Positions 1 through 14,600 of a stretch of 64,000 nucleotides of DNA are shown in pieces (position 1 is the stretch's first letter; every line of letters begins with the position of its first letter). The notes under the pieces are model-generated. The model was given only the letters and a program-made list of their open reading frames with translations, was not told the origin of the DNA and made no database searches. Source of the DNA: Adineta vaga. Taxonomy: Eukaryota > Animalia > Rotifera. The position numbers were made by a program, and so were the translations under genes. Location: contig CP075496.1 in the NCBI GenBank assembly GCA_021613535.1, positions 12,090,001 to 12,154,000 of the forward strand. The letters run 5' to 3'.

Positions 1-497
1 TTCGATTCAAAATTAATATAATAGATGATTACTTCTGTACTGTAATGTAAATATAAGAAAAGAAAGGTATATAGCTGGGTTGGGTTGATCTTAATAGAAT
101 GAATCATTGATTGAAATGAATGGTTGCATACATGACCGAATAGTGTTCTTTTGACTATATTTTTGGTTGAGAATTGAATAGTATTGGTTTAGATTTTATC
201 CAGCTACTGACTCCCTCTTTCCTCTTGTCTGACAGGAGAATAAATATATATATATATATAGACTATAACTTAAAATAAACGCAACCAATGCACGATGATA
301 AAAACTGGATCAAATGGGTACTTCGAACTCATAATTAATCGGAACTAAAAGTTAGTGTAGTTTTTAAAATTGAAAGTTCTTTGTAATCCAAACGTGAATT
401 AAAACAATACATCATTTGTAATTATTTTAACACAATAGAAGTTATACGAATCTTATTATATTTATTTATTTATCATATGAACAGTAGCAATTGAACC

Positions 498-3400
498 ATG
501 ACTCAAAAAATGATGAAAAATGTATCTGACTTAAATATATCAACATTAAATTGTAAAAACAATAAATCTAAAGAAGAAGAAGATGACGATGAACTTATCT
601 TCGGAGCATTAGATGATGAAAATACATTACAAGACAAAATTGATGAAAAATCTCCATCATCAGATGAAGGTATTCAATTGCGTTCATCGATGGAACGAGG
701 TAATAAACGTGAACGTACACATTCATCAATGAGTACAGTAGACGATGATTGGGAAAATATGTTACCAATTACTGAAAGTGATGGTCCTCTAACTACAACA
801 CATAATCTTCGAGTAATTAATGAAAAAACTTCAAAAGAAGAGATTATTGGTATGTCAAATTTCCGTGCTAAACATCGTTTACGACGTCGTTCAAAAACAA
901 ATATTCTTGTTCGTTGGAAAGAAGCAGTAAAAAAAGCTGTTCTATTAAAAGATCCTTGGTAAATAATTTTTCTTTATTCAAGTAGTTTTTTTCAATATAT
1001 ATTTGTAACGCTAATTAGGCATGATTTTATCATTGATCAATATCCAGAAGAAAACGTTACACGACATGAATTTGATCCAGTTAAACGGACATGGAATATT
1101 AATCAAATTAAAATCAAAATCGAATCGAAACCATTTGCACATGGTAGTATGAGAGAATGTTTTCGATTGTAAGTTAACCTTCCGATGATTGTATTGAGAA
1201 ATAACTATTCTATGCTATTGTTTAGAAAGAAACTTTCAATTTTCTCGGCACATCATGATTGGGATCATTCAAGTAATTACATTGCAAAACGATATATTGA
1301 AGATGTACCAATGGCACGTTATTTCGATGATGTTATGATGCAAATGACAACAAAACTATGGGCTACACATTACAATAAACATAATCCACCAAAAAAAGTA
1401 AAGAAGTTATTCTGTTCGTGCATAAGAATTCTCTTTTTTTCAAAAAGGTTGATATTGTTCAAATGAGTGTTCTGGAATTTCAAGATCGTCCCGGTCGACC
1501 TTATTATCATTTAGAACGATATATTGTAAGATTAAGAAATATGACGAATTGAAGTATTTCTATGAGACATTTTAGGATGGAAATTATATTAAATATAATT
1601 CAAATAGTGGTTTTGTTTGTGATGATACTTTACGACATACACCACAGGTTGGATATCTGTGTTAAATTGATTAGAAAAATCGAAAAGTGCTTTTTTTTTT
1701 GTTTGTTTTCTGTTCAATAGGCATTTAGTCATTTTACATTTGAAGCATCATGTCATGAACAGATTGTTGTTGATATTCAAGGTGTTGGTGATTTATATAC
1801 CGATCCACAAATTCATACGAGTCTAGGTTTTGAATATGGCGGTAAGAATCGATTAAATAAAATTTATTATTTTTAATGGATTATTTTTCTAGAAGGTAAT
1901 TTGGGTATTCGTGGTATGGCATTATTTTTTTCTACCCATGAATGTAATCCTATTTGTTCTCGTCTTGATCTAACACCATTTGATCTATCATCTGCGGAAC
2001 GTGATCGTCAATCTCAACAACATAATCTAAGTCCAGCATATAATTTAAATTTTTCTGCACAAACAGCATGTCGAGGTTCGGAAGAACCATTATATGGTTT
2101 ATCGAAGTTCGGTTCAATTCTTCGACGCTACGTTCTCAATCATCTATATCCGAAGATGAATCCGATGGTTATGTTTCTGAAGCTTCATCAATAACAGCGG
2201 CCAATGCTCATTTCTTAGATCAAGATTGGTCAGCATTAAAACATGAACAACTTATGACAACATGTAGTGAAGAAAATATTCAATTTGCATCATCATTAAT
2301 GAAAACTAAAATACCAATATCATCTGCATCGATTAATATGATGGCAAGCCGATCACCGGTAAGTTCTTGTTTGAATTGCACGAATAATGTTTGCATTTTG
2401 TTTGCTGTGTAAAGAATAATTACTCACGTTCACATTCCGTAAGTCTTTTAAGGTGAAAAAGGAAATGTGAAAAGACAAAATCTCTTTTTTCTTTCTATTC
2501 AAAGGATTCAATTTTTAACATCGAAGATATTTACAATGCTCAATTACCAGATAATTATAAAAATTCGCATCGTCCTTCATCGGTCATGTTGGAAAAAGCA
2601 GAAATAGACAAATTTCAACAGATCTCAGCTTCGTATGAAAAATATGAAAGTATTCTTGGACAGGTATAAATTAAAAGTTTTACACGATTTCTGTAGTGGA
2701 ATCGATCTTCGAATATATTCTCCTGTTTAGATTCATCTTGAAATGTGTAAATACTATCAAGTTGGTCGATTTAGTGAACTCGGTTCTGAAGAATTCGATC
2801 AACAATCAGCATTTTTTCATTTGGATCTTGCTGCTGAATTATGTGTAACAGAAGCTATCTTTGCATTAGCTAAAATTTATCTCGATTTACCAAGAGATCT
2901 TCTACCAGACTATCGTTCACCGGTAGAATTTCATTATAATAGCAAAAATAAATCATCCTTTGAAATCTTCTTTTATTATTTATAGACTTCAAAAGAGCTC
3001 TTTCAAAAAGGTTTAGATCTTCTCGTTCGTGTTAGTGCATGTCACGAAACAGAAGCAAATCTTTATTTAGCACAATTCTATGACAAAGGTGTTCAAGGAT
3101 CATTGTATGTTACTTTTTAATTCTTCGAATCTTAATTGTTTTTTAATTCGAATCTAGAGAACAGGATTGGAAACAAGCAGCTGAATACTATGAGAAGTAT
3201 ATCCGTATACGTGAAAATGAGTCGAATAATATCGATGAAGATAGTGGAACTAATGAACCAGATCAAAGCAAATTGCTCAATAATGCCATTCCATTTCATG
3301 ATCAGCATGATATTGTTGCTCGTTTAGCTAGTTTATATCGAACAGGTGGAAAGAATCTCATATGCAACTATCAGAAAGCAGGTGATTTATACAATAAAGC

Positions 3401-3509
3401 AGCGGAAATGGCAACTGCTGCGATGAAAGGACGTCTTGCACATAAATATTACCAAGCTTCTGAAGAAGCGTACTCCATGGAACCGGAAGAAGACACTGAA
3501 AAGAGTTAG
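498..3509 (+). CDS. EEF2K: Eukaryotic elongation factor 2 kinase (alpha-kinase plus C-terminal SEL1-like repeats), multi-exon; apparent -1 frameshift near 2125
   Basis: Spliced translation gives WKEAVKKAVLLKDPW (CaM-binding region), KPFAHGSMRECFR, YIKYNSNSG, TPQAFSHFTFE, VVDIQGVGDLYTDPQIH, GNLGIRGMALFFSTHECNPIC, and C-terminal AGDLYNKAAEMATAAMKGRLAHKYY. GT-AG introns are ~55 nt. Confidence 0.95.
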
Positions 3510-6308
3510 AAAATAAAAAATATGCCGTATTACTCCTAGTAATTCATATTATTCTTTGGTATGAGACATAACTTATATTTATTCAACATTGACTTGCACG
3601 TTCTATTGATTGGATCTGTATTATATATATATTTATTTTTGTGTTTGTTAAACTTAATTTTTTTTTCGTAGTTTAGTATTTCCTAGTAGACATATTGCTG
3701 TACTTGCGCATATTTATTTATTTTGTTCACTGTTAATAAGTATATATACTTTGTTCAGCTGATATTCAACATATAATATGATTAAAAATAATCGATTATG
3801 TGAATAGTTTCAGAGAAAATATGTGGATAAGATTTACATTACGAATAGTGTGAAATATATTCTATTTACTAACGAAAATGATAGATTATCTATTGAATGT
3901 TCTTATCTTATGTGGATGTCATAGATGGTAGGAAAATATTACGAAGCAAGGCCAAAAATAGATCAAATGTCCATTATTATCTCTTTCTCATAGAGAACTA
4001 TGGCAATCAAGAGTATAGTTAGTTTTATCAATAAGTTAATCGGACTTATGTATACAGATCATCATTTTATGGTAAACTAAGAAAAGAGAAAATACACTCA
4101 GCAGGAAATGATTAAATAATATCATCTATATAACATATATTTATATTTCGATTATGTACAATAATGTTTTTATGTCAAGATGCTTCTTCTCCTTGACAGT
4201 TCTTTAAAATGTTTCATTGAATTATGTATAGATGTAACTATGTCCTACAAGACTGACAGTGGCATAATGTGCTCGACACGCAGTGAAGATAGATAATGGA
4301 AGACCTTTGCCCTGTTTCTTCCAACTTTGTTCGAAGATGGTTTCTGTTGTAACCTTCTCACATCATCATCATTAACAATAAAAACAAAATATTAACATGG
4401 GAATTGTTCAGAGTAAACTCAATAGATATACATTAGAGTAAAAACTTTCGAAAACGACAACATCGTTTACGTTTTCAACATAATTAAAAGGACATCGCCC
4501 TCGGTTTTTTTTTCTTTGAATTATGATATGACACTATCTATCAGCATGTTGTCGACTTCACGTATTACGGAGAAAAAATAGGTCAATGTACTCAATTAAA
4601 CCATGTTTTTCATAATATCAACTAAATTAGTATGATCGAACTAAATCTTTGGTTTGTATCAATATCCTATCGACATAATCATTTTTCATATAAATGTTAA
4701 ATAAACAATGATTTTATGAATTCTAAAAAGACATCAGATCTATCTTTCAAGTTTCTCTTGGATCAATTCAATTCGATATCTTTTGTTGACAAGAGTAAAA
4801 ATACAATTTTATTGTTATAGATGATAACATGTACCTAGTTAAGGAAAGGAATAAAACATCCTCTTCAGTACGTCTTCAGTACGCTGAGTATAATAAATAA
4901 ATAAAACAACAACTCGTGCTAAGAATATATACTGGATAAAAACCACCAGTCGACAACTATATAGATAACATTTCACTATTGTCTAATCTATCACATACAG
5001 TAAGACATTGAATAGTCTCAAAACTGTCAAATATGCATGAAGAATTTCCCCCTTTTTCCTGATTGATAAACAAGAAAGAAACAATTCGATTATAGACTCC
5101 TTCAGATGGATGAATAAATGAATCAATAATGTATACACAGACGTACTAGCCTAAGATAGAAAAAATCTTTGTCGATACACAACATATCGATCTATAGACG
5201 AATTGGGTGTATTCTCTTTGTGTTGTTATTGTTGTTGTTGACGATGATATTGGTGAATAGTACTGTTTCTGTCTTGCCTTTACTTTCCCTTTTCTCTCTT
5301 CTTCTTCTTCTTCTTGACATATATTCATACTTTCTATATGTAGTCGAACACCGTTGAGACATTCTGTATAACTTTTTGTCCATCAAATTCATATTGTTCT
5401 TTTATTTTTAGTATTTTCTACGATTAATAGAGAAAATGTAAATATTTAAATGTTACTATTTTCTAGCAATTAAAAACGAATGTCAACTTGCCATCTGATA
5501 TTGTAGAAATGATAATGCTATTTTCTGACCGTCTTTCATTTTTCTTCTATCATCTTTATCCCGTTGCAGAACAAACATATTTTTCAGACCGACAGTTAAC
5601 GAACGTTTCCCAACGATTCATTAGGTTACTAACATTGATGTATACGAGGAATGTTAGTTCTGCTGATATAACAACAGAAATAAATATATATATATATATA
5701 TAGAAAGAAATAGAAATCGCATCCCGAATTGACAACACATCGGTTGCCAGCCCCACCTCTGCATTGCTCGACCGATGAAATAGAGAGAGAAGGATAGATC
5801 GTCGTAAATCAGTACCAATAACGTTCTTATTTATCTCTGTAATAACAACTGCGACTAACTAAAAATCAGCAGACGAATAAGGAGAAGAAGAAAAAAAGAA
5901 GGGTTTTGCGTATGTATAGAAAACGACAACGCCGGATAACAGCCATATCACCAAGGTTGTTTGAAGACGATGCGTATCTATATTCTCGTTTTTTTTCTGT
6001 CTCTCTATTTCTTTTTGATCTCAACCATCCCATATGTACAAAGTAATAACGATAGAAGGATATTCTTATTGCTTTTATTTCTACTTAGACAAAAGAATGT
6101 TGCATACTAAAGTGTACTTTTCCTACGTGAGTTAATAATTCAGTTGAGTTTTCCATGATCAATTATGATAAACGATATCTAAAGATCTCTCTAAACTGCT
6201 TTTAAGATAAACCTAGTCGAGAATTTCATTGGTTTGTTTGTTTAATAGGAATATATTTTTCTAGATTTTCTTTTATTACTTTTTTTCGTCATTTTAATTA
6301 TTTGAACA

Positions 6309-6735
6309 ATGCCTCAATGGGGTGGTGGCGGTGAAAAATGCCCACGTTGTCAAAAAACTGTCTATCCAGCAGAACAACTTCTTGCCTGTAGTTCTACATG
6401 GCATAAAGGTTGCTTCAAATGCAAAACATGTAAGACCGACTGATTTTCCAGCATATTTCAATGATTATATTTGACTATTTTAGGCAATAGCACATTGACA
6501 TTGGCTTCATACAAAGATTTCTCTCAAGATGTCTATTGCAAAAGTAAGTTTAGATAGAAAAAAACAAACAAACATTGATATCCAACGAACATTGTTTATT
6601 TCATTAGGCTGTTATCAGGATAAACTTCATCCTCATGAACGTAATCGTAAACAATTAGAAAACAAATTTAGCAAACAACCAGGTGGTGGTGCTAATCCAT
6701 CATCAGGAGGTGACGCTGGTGGTGAAGAAGCCTAA
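6309..6735 (+). CDS. Small single-LIM-domain protein (CRIP/CSRP-like), 3 coding exons
   Basis: MPQWGGGGEKCPRCQKTVYPAEQLLACSSTWHKGCFKCKTC|NSTLTLASYKDFSQDVYCKS|CY has complete LIM zinc-ligand spacing, followed by a Gly-rich tail ending GGEEA*. Confidence 0.9.
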
Positions 6736-8449
6736 AAACACAATTAAAACTAAAAAATGAACATAAAAATATATACATGCAGTTTAGATAAAAATTTCTA
6801 CAAAATTTACAAATCAAATCCTAGTGGTTCTAATGATTGAACATACATAAATCTAAATCATACATTTTATTTAATGTCTTTTTCTTTCTACTATTTCATC
6901 TTTGGTCAGGAACAGTTTTAATCTGTCAATAACCGCGTTTGAACGTGTTTATACCTATCCTAATTCATATTATTTACCTGATTTTTCTCTCATGAACTTT
7001 TTTTTTCTTCAAAGAAAATAATACTCATGCATATCAATATTCGAATGTCTTATTTATATAGATTTCATATCAAAGAGAAAAGGAAACGATCGATGATAGT
7101 CTAACGGTGTTAATGACAAGAATTAGACGATGTTTTTCTATATAAAGATGACACTTGCATTTGAAAAAGATAAATAATATAAAAATAAGCGATGATTTAC
7201 GAATTCATTTATCAAATATGTTAAGATGAGAACTTTGACGATAGGTCATATTACCACGATATAAAGATATCTCTTGTCCTTCAACACTAGCCGGATTGAA
7301 TCATTTGAATCAAATCTCAGTTCATAAAGAAAATGTTACATATCAATCATTCTCGACAACAGTGCAAGTTCTATACTAGTAAAGATTGAAAGACTACGAT
7401 ATATTTGTAAATAGTTATTCTATATCACCATTTATACATCAGATATATTCAAATGGCAAATCATCGCTTCTCATTCATCTTCTTCTGTTCAACTAGAGTT
7501 ACATATATGATAATTTTTTTTCCATTAATACGATTACATATTCTTTGAACGATAATAGCATATCATTGATCAGACATAATAGAAGATATTATCTCTGAAT
7601 TCTTACAAAACATCTGTTATAACGAATTTCAGATTGTACATTCAATTTATTTTCTCATACTGTCATTCCATATCATTAGTAATAACGCTATGAATATATT
7701 GGTTAAAAAAAAGAACACATTATTATTTGACTCAAGGTATGGAGACTATTCTGTCATTTATGTGTATATACATAAGATGTGAAGAATGATGAGAAACACG
7801 TCATTCTGATTCATGGCAATTAATGATACAAAAGCGAATCGTTCGATCAATCTTTAATTTGTAATAAATGTTATCACATTGATATAATTCAAATGTCTGT
7901 CATGTTCGATTGAAATGGATGAATAATAGAAGAATTATTTATAGTTTTATAATGAATAAATCCTCGAATTTTGTACTCGAAAACGAAGTTATAATATCAA
8001 GTACAGATTGAATACCTCTTGAGAGAGAAATGAGTTCTATTACGCCAATAAAATATTAAATGAAATAGAAAGAAGATCAGAGTTGTGATGTTTCGAAATA
8101 TTTTCTTCTTGATTGACATTCATTAAAATAATGAAAAATATGAATATAACACCGAAGCAAACAAAAAAACAACAACAAAGAACAGTAACTACATACATTA
8201 AAAAGAAAAAGAAAAGGAAAAAACATTCTTATTTTATACAACATTATCAAATTCGACCAAGACCTGGCATCGATCGAGGAAAATCGTGTTTTCGCTTTGT
8301 TTTTAATCATATCATATTCGTACTATTGCTGCTTTTTACCTACAATCTGATCGACATGAAAATGAATTTTTCTAAACAGATTATTCCTCTTCTAATGCCA
8401 TGCCATTTGATCTCTTTGACATCACAATCGTTTGATAAAGTTCATAGGA

Positions 8450-9444
8450 TTAATCTTTCAAATCTTCAAATGATGGCCATGCAGTATTTGTATCACTGCC
8501 AAAATGAGAATTCCACCATTGAATATCTTTATCAATATCATGACCGGTTAATGATTTATTGAAATTTTCAGTCATAAGAGCCATATGAGGATCTTTTTCG
8601 ATTAATAATGCTTGATGAAGAGCAGTAAATAAGAGTTTGAATTGTGCCAAGCGTTTTCGTTCAAATGAATGTGTACGATCAAGAATTTCTTTCATTGAAT
8701 TTTCATAATTCGGCCGGCTATTTTTCATTTCTTCAATAGATTGCAAATATTTACTTTTGAGAGCTTCAGATTCTTTTTTATAAGTGCTAACACTTAACTT
8801 CACTCTAGTTTTTTGTTCGTCTTCAGCACCACGATCAGATTCGATAATTTTTTCAGCTGTTTCCGCTTTTTTCAATTGACGATGAGCATCTTGATAATCT
8901 TTTTTTGCTCGATTAATTTTATCCAATAATTTAATCCAAGATTTTTGTGCGTGTTCAAAATCACGTTCGAATTCTTTGATTTTCTTTACATGAAGAATTG
9001 ATTTACCATAATTTTCCTTCTTATAATTCACCATTTTATCAATGACATTTTCTTGAATACGTTTAACAATATCAGCATGAGTATCGCCAATTTCTTTTGA
9101 AGCTCGAATAGATTCAATCCAAACTTTTTTGTTCGTACCAAATTCTTTTGATTGACCAATTTCTTTAATGCTTGCTGCAGACCATTTTTCTAAATTGTTA
9201 ATATAATCTCGTTCAATACGAGCACGTTCAGAAAAGATTTCGATAAACATTTCGCATGATTCATAGCCACCTCTGCAACGGTCAATTGCTGCTTTGTATT
9301 GATTTGGTTCGCAGAATCCTTTATCATACCAAGGGTTTGATAATATACGTTCAGGTGTTGTTTGTCCCTGTGGAAAAATACACTGCACTGAAAGACAAAT
9401 AACATGTTAATCCATTGAATGATTCATACACAAAGAAACTTACT
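8450..9444 (-). CDS. PACSIN/syndapin-like F-BAR protein lacking an SH3 domain
   Basis: 312-aa ORF with F..P.QYK..IDRC..G...C, ERARIERDY, FEHAQKSW and WWNSHFGSDTNTAWPSFE motifs typical of the PACSIN F-BAR. It stops right after the F-BAR. The start ATG appears to be created by splicing (A at 9444 + TG at 9387-9386). Confidence 0.85.
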
Positions 9445-12400
9445 GTTGATTGTTGATTGAAATGTGATTAGAATAGGTAAGGTATAAGATGTGTGTAAGA
9501 GATCGAGAGTATTAATGTAATGAGAATCGATAGCACACGTTACCTTATAGGTCACGAATAAGCGAGTTCATATCGTTGAAAAAATAAATTGTCACGATCG
9601 TTTGTTCTAGTATGTATAATGTCTTGAGAATGAGTATATATATATATATACAAGAAAAACTGTGCTTTTTTGTTCTGTCTTTTCTTTTTTCGTTCTTTGT
9701 CTGTTCGTCATTATGAAAGAACAGAGAGAGGGGGAGGCGAAGAAAACATTTTTTGGATGTCTTGCCTTTCAGCTCGTGATATTCTCTCGCTTTTCTTTCT
9801 GTTCCGAAAATGAATTATTCGTATAACAGTAGAATGGCATCTATAGCCAACAGTCACATATGTTGATGATGACGGATATAGATTTCTTTCACGCGTTGTC
9901 TTTTTCCCTTGGTTCTAACATTTTCATTCTATCGCCATATCGTAGGAGCTCCTTGAGAATCTTTTCTTCTTCTTGATGACATTGTTTAGATATGATTCAC
10001 GTTCGTTTGCTTTTTCTCAAATGACACATCAACTCACAAGCCGATTCGACAATTTTCCTTTGAAGGCTTATTTTTTTATTGAGATAGATTTCTTTTTTCA
10101 TGCTTCAACAAAAATCTTTCTCTCATTATCATGAAAAATTGACGTCGTTCGATTTCGATTCGTTTCTTTTTTCAGTTTCACTAAGGCATCATCCAATAAA
10201 CATCTGTTGACAGAATCAAAACTTAACACTCACTCAATGAATACAAAACGAATCATAAAAATAATAAAACATTCCGCCACGTTGAATGTCAACAATGTGG
10301 AGGTGTTAAGACGTCAAAAACCGAACGAAACTTACAATCAACCTTGATTCCTTTTCATTAATTCTATTCGGTATTTTTTGCATCGATAAAGTTCTTTACA
10401 TACGTAAATATATTATTATCGATTAATAACTATATCTCATATGCACATACATTAACTAGTCAGTAAAACAGCAAATATTCGATTTTTGTCGTCATTTTCA
10501 AAGATAAATTTGGATGATTGTTGAAAATATCATAATTATCTAATTATGATTATATTCGCATAAATAAGGTTGCTAACGGATGGTGCAATTTTACTAAATT
10601 TAGACGTTGTCAAGGTCGATGACGTTTGGAATTGTTTTTCTTTCTCTCTCTTAAAATACGAAATTAATGATTATGTTTTGTAGAAATGAAGAAAGTTACA
10701 TCGATTTCATATTTCTACGTAGAAAGAGTTGTTCAAAAAGTAACATGATTAAACGTAATTCGAGAACTTTCGTTTGTAGAGATAATCGTACTATTCACTC
10801 TAACCTTCATATCAGTGATAGAATCAATTGAAACGAAAGAAATCTGATTTTTTTTTCTCAATCTATATGATGATTAAGATGTCAAAGAAATCTAGATGAA
10901 ACATACTTTTGTCATTAAATATTTCGTTTCCAAATGATTATTCATAAGAAAAACTTTCAATAATGAAATATGAGATGTGTAAAATTCAAAGTCGTAATTT
11001 TTATTCTCAAATGTTCGATTGTTGTTTTAAAAAAAGAAAATTTAATCATATACTGAACAAGAACTCGGAGGGTAAGAATAGACTTGAATAATCAATTAAA
11101 ATAGAGTGAGTTTGACATAACTTAATCCCATTTAAATAGAAATCTTTTGTAAACATGTAAATGTATTTCATTTTGACTTTTTATTATGTTTTCATCATCA
11201 TCGCCAACGTAATTCATGACTATTTATTATCGAATAGAATTGATCTTTATAAATAAAACTTCGTTATTATCCATTTTGTAAGAAAACAATCGAGTTACTC
11301 AATTATTTCCAAAACAGTTCATTGAATTAGCTTATAAGACATGTATAGATGAATATTTGAATTCAAATTACAATTATACTCGTCAATGTGACTTCCCTAA
11401 ATTATCTGTATATAACACATTTGACAGGTATCGTGCATTTAGAAAAACTATTTGTTCTTCTTTGTCTTTCATATATTCGTTGAAGGACAACACTTAGTCT
11501 GTTTATTACTATTGTAACAATGAAAATCCTATTGTACACTGTTCATCCTTGACAAAGCATGTTTCTTTTTTTGTCACCTAGAATTGATAATTTACATGCA
11601 TTATCTGTTCTAATGATATGATATGTCCGTATTTGATTAAGTATTCTGTCTTCTAATTGTATTTGTTTATCATCACTGATAATATCTTGAAATAATACAT
11701 TCATTCATGACGCTATAACATATGAATAATCGTACTAGAAATATGTATACATATATATATATATTAATCGAATAGTATTTAACAAAAACGAAATTCACCA
11801 CGAGAATCGAAATCCTTCAGTTCTAAAGTACGTCAATTTTCATTTGTTGATCATTTTCTTTTCAAGTATATTTCAATATGCCTTTTATGCATACAATCTT
11901 CAAAGGATTACATCTTCGTCTCTTTCTATTCAATTTTATATTGATGGATTTTATCCTTGTATAGATGTGAACCTTAAGATCAATATTTGATAAATACTTT
12001 CTAGTGCAATTATATACAAAGTTTGATTATAATGTATAAAATATAAGACTAACTATATCATTAGAACTTTTTTTCTCTTTTGTATCAAGGCAAAATGCAA
12101 TTCTTTCTTTTGATTTCAATTTGTTGATCTTGACGATATCGATTATTCATAAAGATTTGTGCCACGAGTTATCAAATGATAATTATTTTAATAGATTAAC
12201 CTTCAGATAGAAAATGATATGATGTCATCAGTCTGTAATCTTGTATTCATGATTCGTAGAGAAGAAGTCTGATTAGCCATTGAATTTTTTTTATCTAACT
12301 TTACTTTTTCATCATGATGCAATAAATTTCAATGAGATAAGTATTGTTTTTTCTTCACATATAATGACGACAATTGATTATCTCGAGAAAAAAAAGAAAG

Positions 12401-14505
12401 AAGAAAGGCATAGACAAATAATAAAATAATGCTTAAAGCTGACGTATTAACGATCATTTCAAAGCATCTGTTGCATAGTTTTTATTTCTTTTCATCTGAT
12501 AGACATTTAAAGATTTGAGTCAATGACATAGGCGGAGCATCGTCTCCGTTAAATAATTAAAAATAAATTAACTTGAATCATTATTCTACGCTTTCTTCTT
12601 CTCTTGATCTCTCGTAGAGTTTTACAGACAAGTTATTTGTTGACTTTCTTGACCTTGATTTTATTTGATAGTAGCTACGATCATATACGCATAAAATTAT
12701 ATTAGAGAGAAAGAGACGCACTTGAAGTTAGTAAACAATAACGTGTTAGTTTTCCTTCAGCAGCAAACCATATTCAAGTAGACTAAATTTTCTCTCTTGA
12801 GACATCAAATCTCATTGAAAACATGCAATAGATCTATTTCTTACAAGTCAATACACATGCAAGATCATCGTCAAACCATGAGTTTCCTATTCATTCGTTC
12901 ATTTCTGACATTTGTTCGACTTTTTACATTGTGAAATACTTATTAGACATACATTTGAAACGCTTGATGTTTTAGAACATCGATGAAGTGAAACAGAAAA
13001 AAAATGATAGAAAATATAAATTATTGATTCATGTCACGTCAGCATCATCTTTTCTCTTCAATGTGTAAGACAATCTGATATGAGACAGACGATAAAATCT
13101 ATCAAGGATATTACAATAGAAAGAACAAGCAAAAAAAAAGCAGTTCTCTGGTAGTTGTAAGATATCAAATGTGACGACGACAGCAACATCTTATTATACA
13201 CATAAAAAACCGCACTATTTTTTACACCGTATGCACATAAATAGTGTTCCGATTTTTTTTCATTCATTATGTATGTGTAATGCTTACTATGTATTGACTA
13301 ATGTCAAAACGAAAAGAGAAAGGAGAAGAAATATAAGAGAAAGTGAGAGAGACAGAAACAGAGAGAGACACCGATGGGAGCGTACTCAGACTGTGTAGAA
13401 AAAAAAGACGAAAAGTTCTCTACAATCGATTACGAAGACTCTACAATTTGGCAAGTACACGTGTACATGTTTGCACCTTCGACATATTAAGTGAAACCTA
13501 CGATTATAATCAGATAATACATCTTGTTTATTCGTTACGAAGATTTCGATGATAATTATAAATAGGTAAGACTACATTCAATAAATGAATCAGTTATTAT
13601 TCATCTAATCACTTCTTATCGATATACCATAGATGAATAGATGTTTGTACTCTCAAAGAAAATGACTAGTGTGTGACATTTATAGTCGTCGAAAACGTTC
13701 GTTTGCCATTTCGCTCAAGTTTACAATCAGACAAAAGAACAGAGTAAATTTTCTTTGTTTCATGCTTATGATTAATAGGTAATGAAGAAAAAGGAAAGAA
13801 AGAACCATCATAAGTCAGTCTTTGTCAATGAGAAAGAAAAAAGATGTATATTGTTGTACGTTCATTTAAGTAGTAAATTAGTGATGCACCATTGCTTACA
13901 ACAAATCAAAGTGAAAAAAGAAGAAAAAAACGTACACGCGTTTTATATTCTCTAGAATCGTGAGAGAAGTAGTTGTCGTATCGATATACCACGATAGGGT
14001 ATCTTATGCGTTTGTTCTTGTTTCTTAAAAGGTTTCTTCTTCTCCTATTTCTCACGCTTCACATCTGATGGTGAAATCTGTTCAGTGATCAGTTTTTTTT
14101 CATTTGATCAAGGTAGCTACCTGACTACTGGTGGTATTGTTGTTGATCATCATCGTCTCTTTTATAATGTTAATGAGAATGTGTGTGTGGATTGTCTCAA
14201 ACAATTTGTCTCAAATATTAGTTTTAATAAAGAAAAAGGAGACGACTATGTAGCCTTAATACAAGAGGATATATTGTAGTAAATAAAAGAAAGAATAATG
14301 ATAGACACATATGCATATATATACAATCATACTTGCATCACTCTCATTAGATATAAACAGGATCATATCACATAGTACTTTTCGGATTAGTGTACCTCGA
14401 AGCTAAATGAAAAAAAACAATCTTGCTGTTCCTTTCTCTCTTGCTCTCACTTTGACCCTTATAGACAACAAACAAAAATCGAAGACTATCTTTCTCTCTC
14501 TTTTC

Positions 14506-14532
14506 GCTCTCTCTCTCTCTCTCTCTCTCTCT
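14506..14532. repeat. (CT)n microsatellite
   Basis: Direct ctctctct run upstream of the 14601 ORF. Confidence 0.85.
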
Positions 14533-14600
14533 TTATATAGTTTTTATTATTTTGTAGCTAATGATTGACATTCATCTCGTTGGTTTAGTTCCTCTTTTCG

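Noticed and set aside
4397-4581. Possible tiny spliced ORF starting MGIVQSK (myristoylation-like)
   Set aside because: It needs an assumed intron, yields only ~43 aa with no recognisable motif, and is expected by chance.
4862-4883. Tandem duplication tcttcagtacg x2
   Set aside because: An isolated 11-bp duplication. It could be a slippage event or excision footprint but is uninformative alone.
5146-5756. Several 60-71 aa ORFs on both strands
   Set aside because: They derive from low-complexity (CTT, TTG, AT) runs, with no domain motifs or coherent splice pattern.
8077-8562. 149-aa plus-strand and 77-aa minus-strand ORFs
   Set aside because: They overlap the antisense strand and 3' UTR of the F-BAR gene and have A/T-run driven composition.
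13058-14279. Short ORFs upstream of the 561-aa gene
   Set aside because: GA-repeat and UTR/intron-derived sequence with no protein-like features.
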